Source of the DNA: Myxococcota bacterium
GTDB taxonomy: Bacteria; Myxococcota_A; UBA9160; UBA6930
Assembly (NCBI GenBank): GCA_965223415.1
Contig: OZ245002.1
Coordinates: forward strand, 1,216,001-1,280,000
DNA: 64,000 nucleotides
Direction of reading: 5' to 3'
This document shows positions 18,544 through 29,789 of the stretch, piece after piece. The position numbers and the translations under genes were made by a program. Below the pieces are notes generated by a model that worked only from the letters and a program-made list of their open reading frames with translations, did not search any database and was not told where the DNA came from. Position 1 is the first letter of the stretch; the number at the start of each line of letters is the position of its first letter.

Positions 18544-20159
18544 CTACCTCGGAAACCGAAAGAACTTCCAAAGGGAAAGCGCTTCGAGCTCCTTAGCTTC
18601 ATCTCCACCAAGGCGCGAGTCTAGTCTACCAACTGCCTCGTCGAGCTCGTTGCCCTGCAGCTCTTGGAAGCCGAGAAGAGCTCCGGTGTGGCTGTTCAGC
18701 TCGACGGCATGCGCTGCAGCGGCCTGGCCAGCGTAGAACCCAGCCTCGCACGCCGCGCGCTTCTCGCGGGGCTGTGATGCAATCACCTCCTCAGCCGCAC
18801 GAAACATCGTCCGTATTCTGACCGCCGGATGACCATGGGTCTGTCGTCCCCCGGGCTCAATGCCATCAAGAGATGAGTAGAGCATCACCATCGCGAATGA
18901 CCAGAGCATCCATAGCGAGTAGTCGTCGTATGGCTCCTGGTCCGGCATCTCATACGTGAGTGTCCGCCGGTCGACCAATCCCCGCGACGGGAATTGCAGT
19001 AGCATGACCGCTGCGTGCCTGTCAGCGAGCGCCTCGGCGGTCAGACTCACCCAAGACGGGTTCTCACCTACCTGCGCAATGCGTGAGCTCCCAAGTTTCG
19101 CCCCGTACTCGAGATGACCATCGAGGATGTGCGAGAGCTCATGCGAGAACATCGCATCGAGCGCGAAGTCAACCATCAGCCGGGCGGCATAGGTTCGCAC
19201 TCTTCCTCTAACTGCCGGAGTGCTGTTCCAGAATGCGCCGAGCAACACGGCTTCAAGGTTGAAGGCGGAGCCCTGTTCCTCTCCTGGCTTCCCGATATCG
19301 GGGAGAACATCGGGAATGCTCATGAGATATGAGAAGGCGTTGGTGAACCTGACTAGGCTCCCAATGCTGAGGCCGATGAAATACTGGCCATACCCCCCGC
19401 GCATTGAGCAGCTATGTCGAGGGAGGTGACCGGTGAGAAGTGGATGCTCACGCCAGGACCGAAGTAGTGTCCGAGCTCTCGCAGCAGACTGTTGAAGCCT
19501 TCGTCCATTCGGCGGACATCTTCGCTGTAGGCGCCGCAATCCTCGGGACGCACTCGTCCCCCAAGGTCCAAGAAGTGGCGATTGAAGACCACCTGGTTGG
19601 CGACCTCGACGTTCCCGGGGTAGCCAATCGGCTGTGGCGCACTCCCCGCCCCGACTGACCGACGGCGCCTCGCGTAGTCATCGTGGCGGAAGTGTGGCAC
19701 TTCCGCGAGCAGGCGGTCGAACTCAGCGGCCCGAACTTCACTCGAAGGCTCCCTGAGACTCCTCAACGTCTGGCGCATATATCCGAGGAACGCATGCGCG
19801 AACTCCGAGTAGGAGTACACAAGAACGCCCTCGCTCTCGAGCGACCTCCGCCTGGCTGTGGTGATTCGAGTGCCGTACACGAACGCGAACGTCTGGAACC
19901 TGGACTTGGCCCGTACATGTTGGATTTTGTGCAGCAGCGAGTTCGATGAGCGCTTTCGCTGCTGACATTCGACCAAGTACTCAGACCGCTCATGTGGAAG
20001 GTCAAGGACGACCGAGAAGTCTGGAACCACGATGTCGCCGCTTTGAAGCTCCAGCCGAGGTTGACGAGCAAACGAGAAATTCGAGGGGAACGCTGCTGCG
20101 AGCGATTCTACGAGCGCCTCGACGCGGGCTTCGAGGGCATAGCCGTCGGCTTGGCTCAT
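18544..20159 (-). pseudogene. Frameshifted fusion: N-terminal PD-(D/E)XK-like nuclease plus HExxH metalloprotease resembling Lit (peptidase U49)
   Basis: PDF...LVECQ in the upstream frame, HELSHILDGH...EALAD in the downstream frame; the frames can be joined at a G6 run (19393-19398). Confidence 0.55.
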
Positions 20160-20220
20160 CTCTTCTCCGACACCCACCAGAGCGTGTCTGCACCATACTG
20201 CACGGGACCCCGATTGGTGC

Positions 20221-20784
20221 CTAGCCGTATGTGCTCGGGTCGTCCGATTCTACGCTTGCCTCGCGTTGGGCGTTCTCTTCGTCCTGTGCTCGTTGCGCCG
20301 CGGCTTGACGGTCGCTGTCCCTCGCATAGGCCTCTTGCTGCGCTCGGCGCGCATCGTCTTCCGTCCAAGGACGGAGTGGGGGCGGAGGTCCACCGAATCG
20401 CACGGCAGCTGCGTCCCAGATGATTGCGGCGACGAACGGGAAGAAGATGATGCTGAGATACACCAGCCAGTAGCTAAGTGGCATCTCGGCGCGCATCCTT
20501 GAGAGCATGGCGGGAAGGAAGGTCCACGCCGCTGCGAGCGCCGCACCAACACAGACCGCGACCGCGGCCGGACGTGCTATGCGCGCCGCACCAACTCGAG
20601 CAGCGTCGAGGAGCAAGCGCAGACGGAACAGAATCGGCGTCGGCCCAGGGCCGCCGTCGGTGACCATTCGAAGGCCCCCCAACTGGGATAGCGCGCGATT
20701 GCGTCGGGCTCCCGCAAAGGGCGGGCCCTCCGTCAGGCGCACAATTGCACCCGGTTCAGATTGTACGCCTTGCGGCTCCTTCAT
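20221..20784 (-). CDS. Hypothetical two-TM membrane protein
   Basis: Hydrophobic AAVAVCVGAALAAAWTFL and YWLVYLSIIFFPFVAAIIW; start uncertain. Confidence 0.45.
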   Translation of the reverse strand: MKEPQGVQSEPGAIVRLTEGPPFAGARRNRALSQLGGLRMVTDGGPGPTPILFRLRLLLDAARVGAARIARPAAVAVCVGAALAAAWTFLPAMLSRMRAEMPLSYWLVYLSIIFFPFVAAIIWDAAAVRFGGPPPPLRPWTEDDARRAQQEAYARDSDRQAAAQRAQDEENAQREASVESDDPSTYG

Positions 20785-20798
20785 AAAAGTGGTTATGA
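20781..20798 (+). promoter_or_regulatory. dif-like recombination core site 1
   Basis: TCATAA-AAGTGG-TTATGA (inverted arms, 6-bp spacer) 30 bp before the recombinase. Confidence 0.7.
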
Positions 20799-20828
20799 TG
20801 TGTCAATTGCCACCCTCAAGAACGACCT

Positions 20829-21893
20829 GTGAGCGGAGAACTCGTACCCAAAGCCCAAGCCGGAGCCCCTAAGCCGGCCGCCTCGATGAAGGCCCTCCCC
20901 GTCCTGGTCCAGCGAGCGGGTGGTCGAGCCACCAAGCGCTTCATCGAGTTCTTCGCAGCCCAGTACCGGAACCGAAACACCCGCGAGGCCTACGCCCGGG
21001 CAGTGTCGGTTTTCTTCGATTGGTGTGAAGCCAGCGGAACTCAGGACCTAGGCGACATCGAACCGCTCACCGTTGCGGCCTACATCGAGCTCCTCGAGAC
21101 CCAAGGTCTTCCGGCGAGCTTCCTTCTTCCCAGATGGAGCGGGCGCGGAAGGCCTCCGCTTGCAGACACGCCGTACTCGAAGCCCACGGTGAAGCAGCAC
21201 CTGGCAGCGATTCGAAAGTGCTTCGATTGGCTCGTGACGGGTGGGATTCTCTCCATCAACCCCGCTGCTTCTGTCCAAGCACCCAAGTACCGAGTGACCA
21301 AGGGGCTCACACCGGTTCTCTCTGATGAGGAGGCAAGGCAGCTCTTTCGAGCGATTCCGCCTGACACTCCGGCCGGGGTTCGAGACAGAGCGCTAGTCGC
21401 TGTGATGCTACATAGCTTCGCTCGAATCGGTGCCGTCGTCTCAATGAACGTGGAGGACTACTTCTACGAGAACCACAAGCACTGGTTCCGTCTCCACGAG
21501 AAGAACTCAGTCTTTCATGCGGTACCGGCCCACCACACAGCGAGAGAGCTTCTCGAGAAGTACCTCGAGGTCGCTGGAATCGCTGACCAGAAGAAGACAC
21601 CGCTCTTTAGAAGCGTGAGCAGGCGACGCGAGTTCACGGAAAGCGCCCTCACCCGAAACGATGCACTTCGGATGTGTAAGCGCCGAGCCCGAGACGCGGG
21701 GCTCGAGGTTGATATCTGCAATCACAGCTTCAGAGCCACTGGGATTACGAACTTCGTTCAAAACGGTGGCGATGTCGACGAAGCACAGAAGATTGCAGCG
21801 CACGCGGACAAACGAACGACTGCTCTCTACGTGAGGACCCAGGACGAAATCACGCTAGACGAGATAGAACGGATTCGGATACTGAGCGAGTAG
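20829..21893 (+). CDS. XerC/D-like tyrosine recombinase (resolvase type)
   Basis: NTREAYARA SAM-like domain; FARIG, EKN, HSFR, AAHAD, LYVR catalytic residues. Confidence 0.92.
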   Translation: MSGELVPKAQAGAPKPAASMKALPVLVQRAGGRATKRFIEFFAAQYRNRNTREAYARAVSVFFDWCEASGTQDLGDIEPLTVAAYIELLETQGLPASFLLPRWSGRGRPPLADTPYSKPTVKQHLAAIRKCFDWLVTGGILSINPAASVQAPKYRVTKGLTPVLSDEEARQLFRAIPPDTPAGVRDRALVAVMLHSFARIGAVVSMNVEDYFYENHKHWFRLHEKNSVFHAVPAHHTARELLEKYLEVAGIADQKKTPLFRSVSRRREFTESALTRNDALRMCKRRARDAGLEVDICNHSFRATGITNFVQNGGDVDEAQKIAAHADKRTTALYVRTQDEITLDEIERIRILSE

Positions 21894-21919
21894 CCTCCCC
21901 AGTCCGACGAGGAGCCTCG

Positions 21920-22483
21920 ATGGGAACAGTCACAGATGACGAGACAGTACTCGCTACCTCGCTACAGGGCATGCTCACTCCGGAGACTGAGCTAGTCCTC
22001 ATCGACGGGTTCGGCGGCTCAGGAAAGACGACTCTCTCAGAGAGCCTCGCTTCCGCCCTAGGTCTCCCCTTGGTGCATCTAGACAGTTCCTTCACCAAAC
22101 ACCAAGGCTCGTTCCTTCAACACCTGAACATCCAGTCTGTCAAAGCTGATTTGGCCCAGAAGTCGAGGGGCGGTGGGCCCGTTCTAGTAGAGGGCATCTG
22201 TGGTCTCGCAGCGCTCGAACTAGCTGAGAAGGCGCACGACCTCCTCATCCATGTTGCAAAGGAACAAGGAGGCGAGTGGGCGGATGAGGTCCATATTCCG
22301 CGGTCACTCTCAGACGAAGAGCTACTGGATTGCTACGGCCCCGAGATTCCGCCTGGCTCCTTGCCGCCGGGGCCACCTCGGCTCTTTCCAGGAAGCGTGA
22401 GCGTGACCACCGAGGTAGGCATCTACCATTTCGACTACAAGCCTCACAAGAGGTACGACCTGGGCTTTGGTCGAAAGGCGTAG
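21920..22483 (+). CDS. P-loop NTPase, nucleoside/nucleotide kinase-like
   Basis: LIDGFGGSGKTT...VHLD...LVEG. Confidence 0.7.
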   Translation: MGTVTDDETVLATSLQGMLTPETELVLIDGFGGSGKTTLSESLASALGLPLVHLDSSFTKHQGSFLQHLNIQSVKADLAQKSRGGGPVLVEGICGLAALELAEKAHDLLIHVAKEQGGEWADEVHIPRSLSDEELLDCYGPEIPPGSLPPGPPRLFPGSVSVTTEVGIYHFDYKPHKRYDLGFGRKA

Positions 22484-22690
22484 ATGGAGCTGTCCTCAGA
22501 CGGGGCGAGAGCCCGCTGGGTGGCGGCAACGAGCTTGGCGACCACTGGCCTTATGTGTCAGATGTTCGCAAGGATTTGGAGGCTTGTGGTCGCCAAGCCG
22601 CGTAGGCCTCACTGAAGCGGTTTATTCCCCACCTAGGTATGAGCCAACACACCCGCAGCGTGGGTGGAGGGAGCGGGCCCGCGCTCTCTT

Positions 22691-22708
22691 TCATAGCCAC
22701 TCTTATGA
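22691..22708 (-). promoter_or_regulatory. dif-like recombination core site 2 (inverted relative to site 1)
   Basis: Reverse complement TCATAA-GAGTGG-CTATGA, 16/18 identical to site 1. Confidence 0.6.
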
Positions 22709-22902
22709 GCGGCCAACAAGAAGATGAAATCTGACCCGAGGGGATTGCTCGAGAGGATTCCGGAAAAGACACGCGCAAGCGGAGTTCATGTTGCGCGTGG
22801 GGTCACCCTAGAGCCACCGGTCGCCAAGACACGCCTCAGGCGAGTCGAACTTGGAGAGCTTGAACAACGGTCTGAACCGCCCCGGGTTCATCGGAGACTC
22901 GG

Positions 22903-24131
<1,229 letters not shown>

Positions 24132-25350
24132 GACTCCATTCTCTCAAGAATTGGAGCCTCCGGGAAACCCGGGGCGGTTCAGTCTGTGGGTCACCTTCCC
24201 AAGGGATGTAGAGCTTGTCGCGCAGCAGTGGCAGCGCCTCAAGGACCTGGACGCGTTCGTTTTCGTCCCCGAGGAGGAGCGGGAGAATCTTGACCCCCCC
24301 TTCGGATGCTTCGAAGCCCAGTGCTGCCTGGAGTTCTCGTTGCGGCCAAGGCTTCGAAAGGAAGGAGGCCGAAAGCACGACAAGAACAAAGCGAGAGGTC
24401 CGCATGCCCTCATTGACTTGTTTGGTAAGCGAGTCGCCCCAGCGAACGTTCAGGCGGTCATACCAATAGGTGATTCCGGCGTCTTCAAGGGCCGAGCATA
24501 GAGGCTCAAGGACCTGTTCCTTGTCCTCACTTGCGTGGCAAAGGAACACGTCGCTCACGCCATCACGAGCGCCATCCGAAGATGAGCGGTCGCTGTAGGG
24601 AATACCGGTGGTGAGGTCGCTCATGACTTCGGCACTAAGAACCGGCGATTCCCCTTTGCCTTGGCGCTCTCGAATCCAATCGCTAAGTGCAACCGAGGAC
24701 TCCCTGGTTGGGTGAAGACGCGCAGGCAGCAATGACTCCGCTGCTTCAACTAGTTCAAACATCCCACACCTAGAGCACTCGAACGAGTGGCTTCCTCCTT
24801 CCGTCGGCAGGGCGGGGGCAAGGAGTGCCTCGCTGCAGACGGGGCACGAGGCAAACTGCCTCCCCTCATTGGTCAGGTCGAAGAATGCGCCAGCATATTC
24901 CGACCCAAGCAGCCTGGGCAACCACCTACTCGGAGTCCACTGAATGAAGACCAGTCGGTGGTAGCTAAGCGCCTTGATGTCGCGAAGTATTGTGTGGCGC
25001 CAGGGGAGTTCGGGGTGGGAGAGAGATATTTCGTCCTCCTCCTTGTAGGGACGGAGGTCAAGGAAGTCCACGCGCGAGTCCGGTCGACGGATCAAGAACG
25101 GGTGTCTGTCCCCGTGCCGGTCGTGGCGGCGTTTGTCGGCTTCGACAACCGCAGCCAGCAGACGGAACTGCTCCAGGGTGACGGGGAAGGACGCCCTCAT
25201 TTGAGTTGACCGTACCGCTTCTCCACAAGTCAAAGCGAGCGTCGTAGCCCACGCCCGGAGATGCTAGGAATTGACTGAGTGCACGACGTAACTAGTGGAA
25301 ATGGCTGGGTTTCTCATCCTGCATCAGGCAGCGGCGACCAAGAACGATCG

Positions 25351-25386
25351 CTAATACTTGCGAATTATTAGTGTTCATGCGATACT
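25351..25386 (+). promoter_or_regulatory. TA promoter with overlapping operator
   Basis: -35 TTGCGA (25358), 17-bp spacer, extended -10 TGC-GATACT (25381); inverted repeat CTAATA-N9-TATTAG over the -35. Confidence 0.55.
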
Positions 25387-25392
25387 GGGACC

Positions 25393-25668
25393 ATGGCAGA
25401 ACAAGACCTAGAGACCTGGTCCGTACCGGTGCCAAGCGATTTCGCTGCTGAGCTCAAGAACGCGATGCAAGCCGAGGGCTTCAACTCGAAGGCTGAGTTC
25501 ACGCGCGCAGCGCTTCGCGAGAAACTCGAGCGCTCGGCCAGGCGCCGCCTCGAAACGGCGCTTCTAGAGGGCATCGGAAGCGGCGTCTCAAGCGAGTCAA
25601 CCGAGGACTTCTTTGCGCGGCTTCGGCGAATCGCGCGCGGCGAGGAATCGTCGGACGGAGGGTCGTGA
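25393..25668 (+). CDS. parD: ParD-like RHH antitoxin
   Basis: SVPVPSD...GFNSKAEFTRAALRE...LETALLEGIGSG; overlaps the toxin start. Confidence 0.85.
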   Translation: MAEQDLETWSVPVPSDFAAELKNAMQAEGFNSKAEFTRAALREKLERSARRRLETALLEGIGSGVSSESTEDFFARLRRIARGEESSDGGS

Positions 25669-25991
25669 AACGACTCCCTGTCGTCCGAACGAACAGAGCA
25701 GACCGTGATGTGGCGGAGGCCGTCTCGTACCTGGCCGAGCAAGCGAGCCAAGAGGTGGCGCTTCGCTTTGTCGAGGAGCTCGAAGGGACCTTCGCCCTAC
25801 TCTCTTCGGAGCCAGAGGTCGGGAGTATCTACCGCCCAAACAACCCCGAGCTTGGCGGCGTCCGCGCGTGGCGAGTTCACCGCTTCGAGCGCTACCTCAT
25901 CTTCTATCGCGTACTAGACGAGGCGCTCGAAATAGAGCGCGTCCTCCACGGCTCGCGCGACATCTGGTCTCTTCTCGGTCTCGAGGAGTAG
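25665..25991 (+). CDS. parE: ParE/RelE-family toxin
   Basis: ADRDV...ALRFVEEL...YLIFYR...IERVLHGSRD. Confidence 0.92.
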   Translation: MKRLPVVRTNRADRDVAEAVSYLAEQASQEVALRFVEELEGTFALLSSEPEVGSIYRPNNPELGGVRAWRVHRFERYLIFYRVLDEALEIERVLHGSRDIWSLLGLEE

Positions 25992-25994
25992 GCG

Positions 25995-26183
25995 ATGCCC
26001 CGATTCTCTCGCGCGAACCACAAGCTCGACCACTGCTTAGCCTGTCGAAAACGGAGGAGCGAGTGCAGGCGCACCTTTCGAGTAGGCGAGGGAATCGTCT
26101 GCCAAGAGTGCGTCGAGCTCCTGCACGGGATGCTCGAAGAAGACAAGGCTCGGGCGCTTACGCTCGACCCGCCTCGGAGCTAG
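25995..26183 (+). CDS. Stand-alone ClpX-type C4 zinc-finger protein
   Basis: CLAC...GIVCQECVELLHGML; RBS GAGGAG, 3 nt after the toxin stop. Confidence 0.6.
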   Translation: MPRFSRANHKLDHCLACRKRRSECRRTFRVGEGIVCQECVELLHGMLEEDKARALTLDPPRS

Positions 26184-26717
26184 CGGAGAAGCAGGTAGAC
26201 CTCGGCTCCCCTTCGCTTCTCGAACTCGGCTTCGACGAGGGCCGAGGCAAGGCGAAGAAGGGAACCCCCAGAATCCGGGCGGAAGGCGGGCCCCCTCATC
26301 CAGCGCGCGGACGCAGTCGGCCCAGCGCGAGCTGGTTTGACCAGGTCAATTCAGGAGCTTCGCCGAGCTCATGAACGGGGAGACGGCGTCGAGGTATTCG
26401 CGCATCGTCGGGTTCTGCGGAATTTTAGCGCCTGCTTCGACCGCGGCGGCTTCCGCTTGCGCGACCCAGTTCTCGGCATCCGCTGTGGGCGCGTAGTAGC
26501 CGTCTTTCGTCCGAACCAGGAGCCCCGCCCCTCAGGCATCGGCAAGGAGCTGGTCGAGCTCGGCATCGCTCGGGCTGGAACCAGTTTCGCTATCAGGCTT
26601 TTTCGTTTGCCCCCCTCGGGTCCGGCGGCCAAGAGCCGCTGCTCAAGGAGGTAGTCCTGAAGCCGAACTTCCACAGCGGGAAAGCGCAGCTCCGTGCGAG
26701 GGACCGAGAGCAACGCG

Positions 26718-27455
26718 CTAGTGGAGACAGCGGCGAAGGCCGAATGCGAGAGCGCCTGAGGCGAAGAGCAGCAACGTGGCCGGCTCGGGGACGGTGTTGA
26801 GGGTCAGGCTGAAATTGTCGTAGCCGCCCGTGATATCGAAGATGCCGCCAGAGTTGGCTGTGAAGAACCCCCACTCGATTGGCGAGCCGGATGCGGAGAA
26901 GTCGGGACCGCCCGGGGCCGTGTGACTAAAGAAGTGAGTCGCGTCGATAGGCTCACACGTGAACCCGATGTCGAGGTAGAACTGCAGACAGGGCGTCGGA
27001 CTCCCCAACCCCACCACATTCTCAAAATGGATTCGCTCCCATACTCCCAACTGCCCGACGCTTCCGCCGTGGAGAAAGACGTGGCCGTCCTGGCGAAAGG
27101 CGAGCCCCGCGGCCTGGGTCTGGCCCGGAAGGGCCGCGAGGAGCGCCCCATCCATTCCGCCAGTCAGGTCCTGAATAGCACCCTGAGTTGAGGGGTCGTA
27201 GAGCATCCCATCGAGGGCATGGAAGACCCAGATGTTATCCCCGCCAGCGGTCGTGCTGAGGTTCACGCGCAGGTACGAATCGGGATTGCCGCCGGTCGGC
27301 AGCTGGTCGGCGACGAAACCCGAGAACGCCGTGGCGGTGATTACCTGGGAATCGACGTTTGCGAACTCGGTATCTGAGAACAGGATGGTGGCCGCAGACG
27401 CCGGCTGAGCGAGACCAAGGCATACAAGAGCAAGGGTGCAGAGGAATCGGCGCAT
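26718..27455 (-). CDS. PEP-CTERM sorted surface protein
   Basis: Signal peptide MRRFLCTLALVCLGLAQPASA; C-terminal VPEPATLLLFASGALAFGLRR. Confidence 0.92.
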   Translation of the reverse strand: MRRFLCTLALVCLGLAQPASAATILFSDTEFANVDSQVITATAFSGFVADQLPTGGNPDSYLRVNLSTTAGGDNIWVFHALDGMLYDPSTQGAIQDLTGGMDGALLAALPGQTQAAGLAFRQDGHVFLHGGSVGQLGVWERIHFENVVGLGSPTPCLQFYLDIGFTCEPIDATHFFSHTAPGGPDFSASGSPIEWGFFTANSGGIFDITGGYDNFSLTLNTVPEPATLLLFASGALAFGLRRCLH

Positions 27456-27492
27456 CGGGCCCTCCACGGATGGGTGCTTCGGGCCACAGATA

Positions 27493-27511
27493 ATATCTAC
27501 CTTTTAGATAT
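27493..27511. promoter_or_regulatory. Palindromic operator between the divergent PEP-CTERM and XRE genes
   Basis: ATATCTA-CCTTT-TAGATAT perfect inverted repeat in an AT-rich patch. Confidence 0.6.
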
Positions 27512-27553
27512 CTGCAAACGGCATCGAATCTCTGGGCGTCCGGAGACGCCCCG

Positions 27554-27787
27554 ATGCCGAGCTCCCTTCACAGCAAGAGGTACCGAGTTCTTGTCGCTCG
27601 ACTCCGCGAAGCGAGGATTGCTGCAGGGCTGACCCAAGAGCAGGTCGCAAAGAAAATGAGGCGACCCCAGAGCTGGATTTCTCGCTGTGAGAGCCGAAAG
27701 CGACGCATCGACCTAGTGGAGCTAGAAGACCTCGCGGACCTCTATGGGGTCCCGCTCGACTTCTTCAGGACCAGCCGGCGGCGGTAG
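27554..27787 (+). CDS. XRE-family HTH regulator
   Basis: LREARIAAGLTQEQVAKKMRRPQSWISRCE...RRIDLVEL. Confidence 0.92.
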   Translation: MPSSLHSKRYRVLVARLREARIAAGLTQEQVAKKMRRPQSWISRCESRKRRIDLVELEDLADLYGVPLDFFRTSRRR

Positions 27788-27912
27788 AGCCCACGTCATA
27801 ACTCACGCCGCCAGGGCCTCTGGCGCCTCTTCCGCAGGCGCTCGAAGAGCTCCTTCCGGAGCGCTTCGGCTAGAGCTCGCGCGTTTCCGGCTCCAGTAGC
27901 CCGGCGAGGGCG

Positions 27913-28380
27913 CTACTCGTCGAGCGGGACCTCTTGATAGAGATACTGGCCCTCGGGGCCTGCCGTCCGCTCGAGGCGGGTCCCTCTCTCCTTCATGGTT
28001 CGTTGGACGTCGCGCATCGCGCGGGCTTCAGCAAGTTCGTCCCGCCGCTCGTCCATAGCAACCCTGTTTCGAGCCACCCAGTCGAGGAGCTCCCGCCAGA
28101 TCTGCTCGGGCGGTGCTTCGTCGGACCACTCCGGGCAGGAACGGCAAAGCATCGCATAGAAGAGCTCCCCAGGGTTGTCGCAACCGGCTTCATCCGCGAA
28201 ATCGACGATCCACCTGGCAATGAAGTCTTCGTCTGGAAGTCCAAATGGCATGCCTTCCGAATCGCACGGAACCGGTTTGAAGTCAAAGCCCCTCGGCTCA
28301 AAGCCGAGAGCCCGGGCTTTCGGCGACAACCAACCCTCCCCACACCCCGAAGGCGGGGTCAAGAACTTATCGACGCGCAA
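27913..28380 (-). CDS. Hypothetical protein
   Basis: Protein-like ORF at the end of the minus-strand operon; start uncertain. Confidence 0.5.
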   Translation of the reverse strand: MRVDKFLTPPSGCGEGWLSPKARALGFEPRGFDFKPVPCDSEGMPFGLPDEDFIARWIVDFADEAGCDNPGELFYAMLCRSCPEWSDEAPPEQIWRELLDWVARNRVAMDERRDELAEARAMRDVQRTMKERGTRLERTAGPEGQYLYQEVPLDE

Positions 28381-28435
28381 CGCGCGCCCGAAGGGGAATC
28401 GAGAAGTCCTTGATGCCGACGAAGTGGTGTGGTCC

Positions 28436-28732
28436 CTAGCCCTCTCGCTGCGCGTGGCGGGCCAGTACGCGCCGCTCCCACTGCTCGACCGCGGCGCGGA
28501 GCTTGAACGGTTCGAGCTCCTCGGGGAGCTTTCCTCCGCACTCCCACTCGTAGAGCATCCGCTTCACAACCTCGTAGACGGTTCGGCCAGTGTCTCGCGC
28601 ACAACCAAGTGCGCCCTCCCAACGGGGGAACCCGTGGAGGAGCCAGGCGGCAAAGAGCGGCTCCCAATCGCGCATCATCTCGGCCTGGAGAAGGCCTGGG
28701 GTGTATGGGTCTGGTTCCCTGGGCATGCTCAA
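28436..28732 (-). CDS. Hypothetical protein
   Basis: Protein-like ORF co-oriented with the operon. Confidence 0.5.
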   Translation of the reverse strand: MSMPREPDPYTPGLLQAEMMRDWEPLFAAWLLHGFPRWEGALGCARDTGRTVYEVVKRMLYEWECGGKLPEELEPFKLRAAVEQWERRVLARHAQREG

Positions 28733-28808
28733 TCGTTGCCCAAGACGCGCTCGCTAAGCAAGCGAAGAGTAAGGTGCGCCAGGTGGAGTTGACGCATGAG
28801 GATTGTCG

Positions 28809-29057
28809 TTACGCCGCCCCTCGAAGCCTGTCGGCCATCTTCTGGAAGATGAAGCCAACGGCATCGGGGATGCACCGAACGAGCGAGAGAAGGTCGTAGA
28901 AGGAGTAACTGTCCGTATCGTGATACTCGCCGTCCTTCTTGTACTGGACCTTGAAGGTGGTGTTGTAGAACGCCCCTTCGCTCCCGTGGTTCTCCCAGAC
29001 CGCGACCTGGACTCTGCCGTGCCTCGCGTCGAACGCGGGCTTTCGTTTCTCCGTCAT
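28809..29057 (-). CDS. Small putative ssDNA-binding protein (PC4/Whirly-like)
   Basis: KPAFDARHGRVQVAVWEN...FYNTTFKVQYKKDGEYHDTDSYSFYDL; aromatic beta-rich pattern. Confidence 0.6.
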   Translation of the reverse strand: MTEKRKPAFDARHGRVQVAVWENHGSEGAFYNTTFKVQYKKDGEYHDTDSYSFYDLLSLVRCIPDAVGFIFQKMADRLRGAA

Positions 29058-29333
29058 GTAGTAGTACCTCTCTGGCGAGACGTTCGTAGCGAACACCTCG
29101 CGCGGGTCATAGCCACGCTCCCGAAGAAGCCTGGCAAGTTTCCAATCCGGAATCGGCCCTTGCTCGCCAACGACGAGCACGAACCGACGTCAGGTCGGCC
29201 TCCCGTCGCGCGCTTCCACGCGCTCGAGAAACCGTTCGACTGTCAGTGTTTCATGGTGGAGGTCCACCACGTGTATCACCTCCTTTCTCTGCGCCGTTTC
29301 CACCTGGGCGTAGGTGTTATGGGCGGGGAGGCG

Positions 29334-29777
29334 CTAAAGGTGACGGCCAAAGAGGAGCGCTTGAACGGGCTCGCCAAAGCACTCAATCCGAACAGAAAAC
29401 CCCGGGGCGGTCGAGACGAGGTCCCGAGAGAGGGACTCGAGCGTTTCCTCAAGCAACGCCCGCTCTTCCGCAGGAGCGTCTCGGTGCTCCAGGTGGGCGT
29501 CGACCGACCAGGTTTCGCTGTGCGCGTCGTAGCGAACGAAGAGGGTGGGCTTCTCACCGAGCGCCTCGCGCGCCTCTTCGGTGTAGTGCTCGAGGGTAGC
29601 CTCGAAACGCTTCGGAAGGTTCTCCCATTCGGGCACGTGGATGGTCGAAGCCTCGGGGGCCGGTGCGACGGTAGGGTGTTCGGAGCGGCGTTCGGTGGCC
29701 GACGCTTTTTCGGGGTCACGACGCTCGAGAAGGTCTCGAAGCGCTTCGAACGGGCGGTAGCGGTCTTCGTCTTCCAT
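29334..29777 (-). CDS. Hypothetical acidic protein
   Basis: AGGAG RBS; shares an alpha/beta motif with the neighbouring gene. Confidence 0.6.
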   Translation of the reverse strand: MEDEDRYRPFEALRDLLERRDPEKASATERRSEHPTVAPAPEASTIHVPEWENLPKRFEATLEHYTEEAREALGEKPTLFVRYDAHSETWSVDAHLEHRDAPAEERALLEETLESLSRDLVSTAPGFSVRIECFGEPVQALLFGRHL

Positions 29778-29789
29778 GTTGGGGGTCTC

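Noticed and set aside
26180..26715. Possible gene between the zinc-finger and PEP-CTERM genes
   Set aside because: The most protein-like minus frame has internal stops and no recognisable family
27792..27803. Third dif-like site (CACGTCATAACT)
   Set aside because: Only one arm matches; no partner arm at 6-bp spacing
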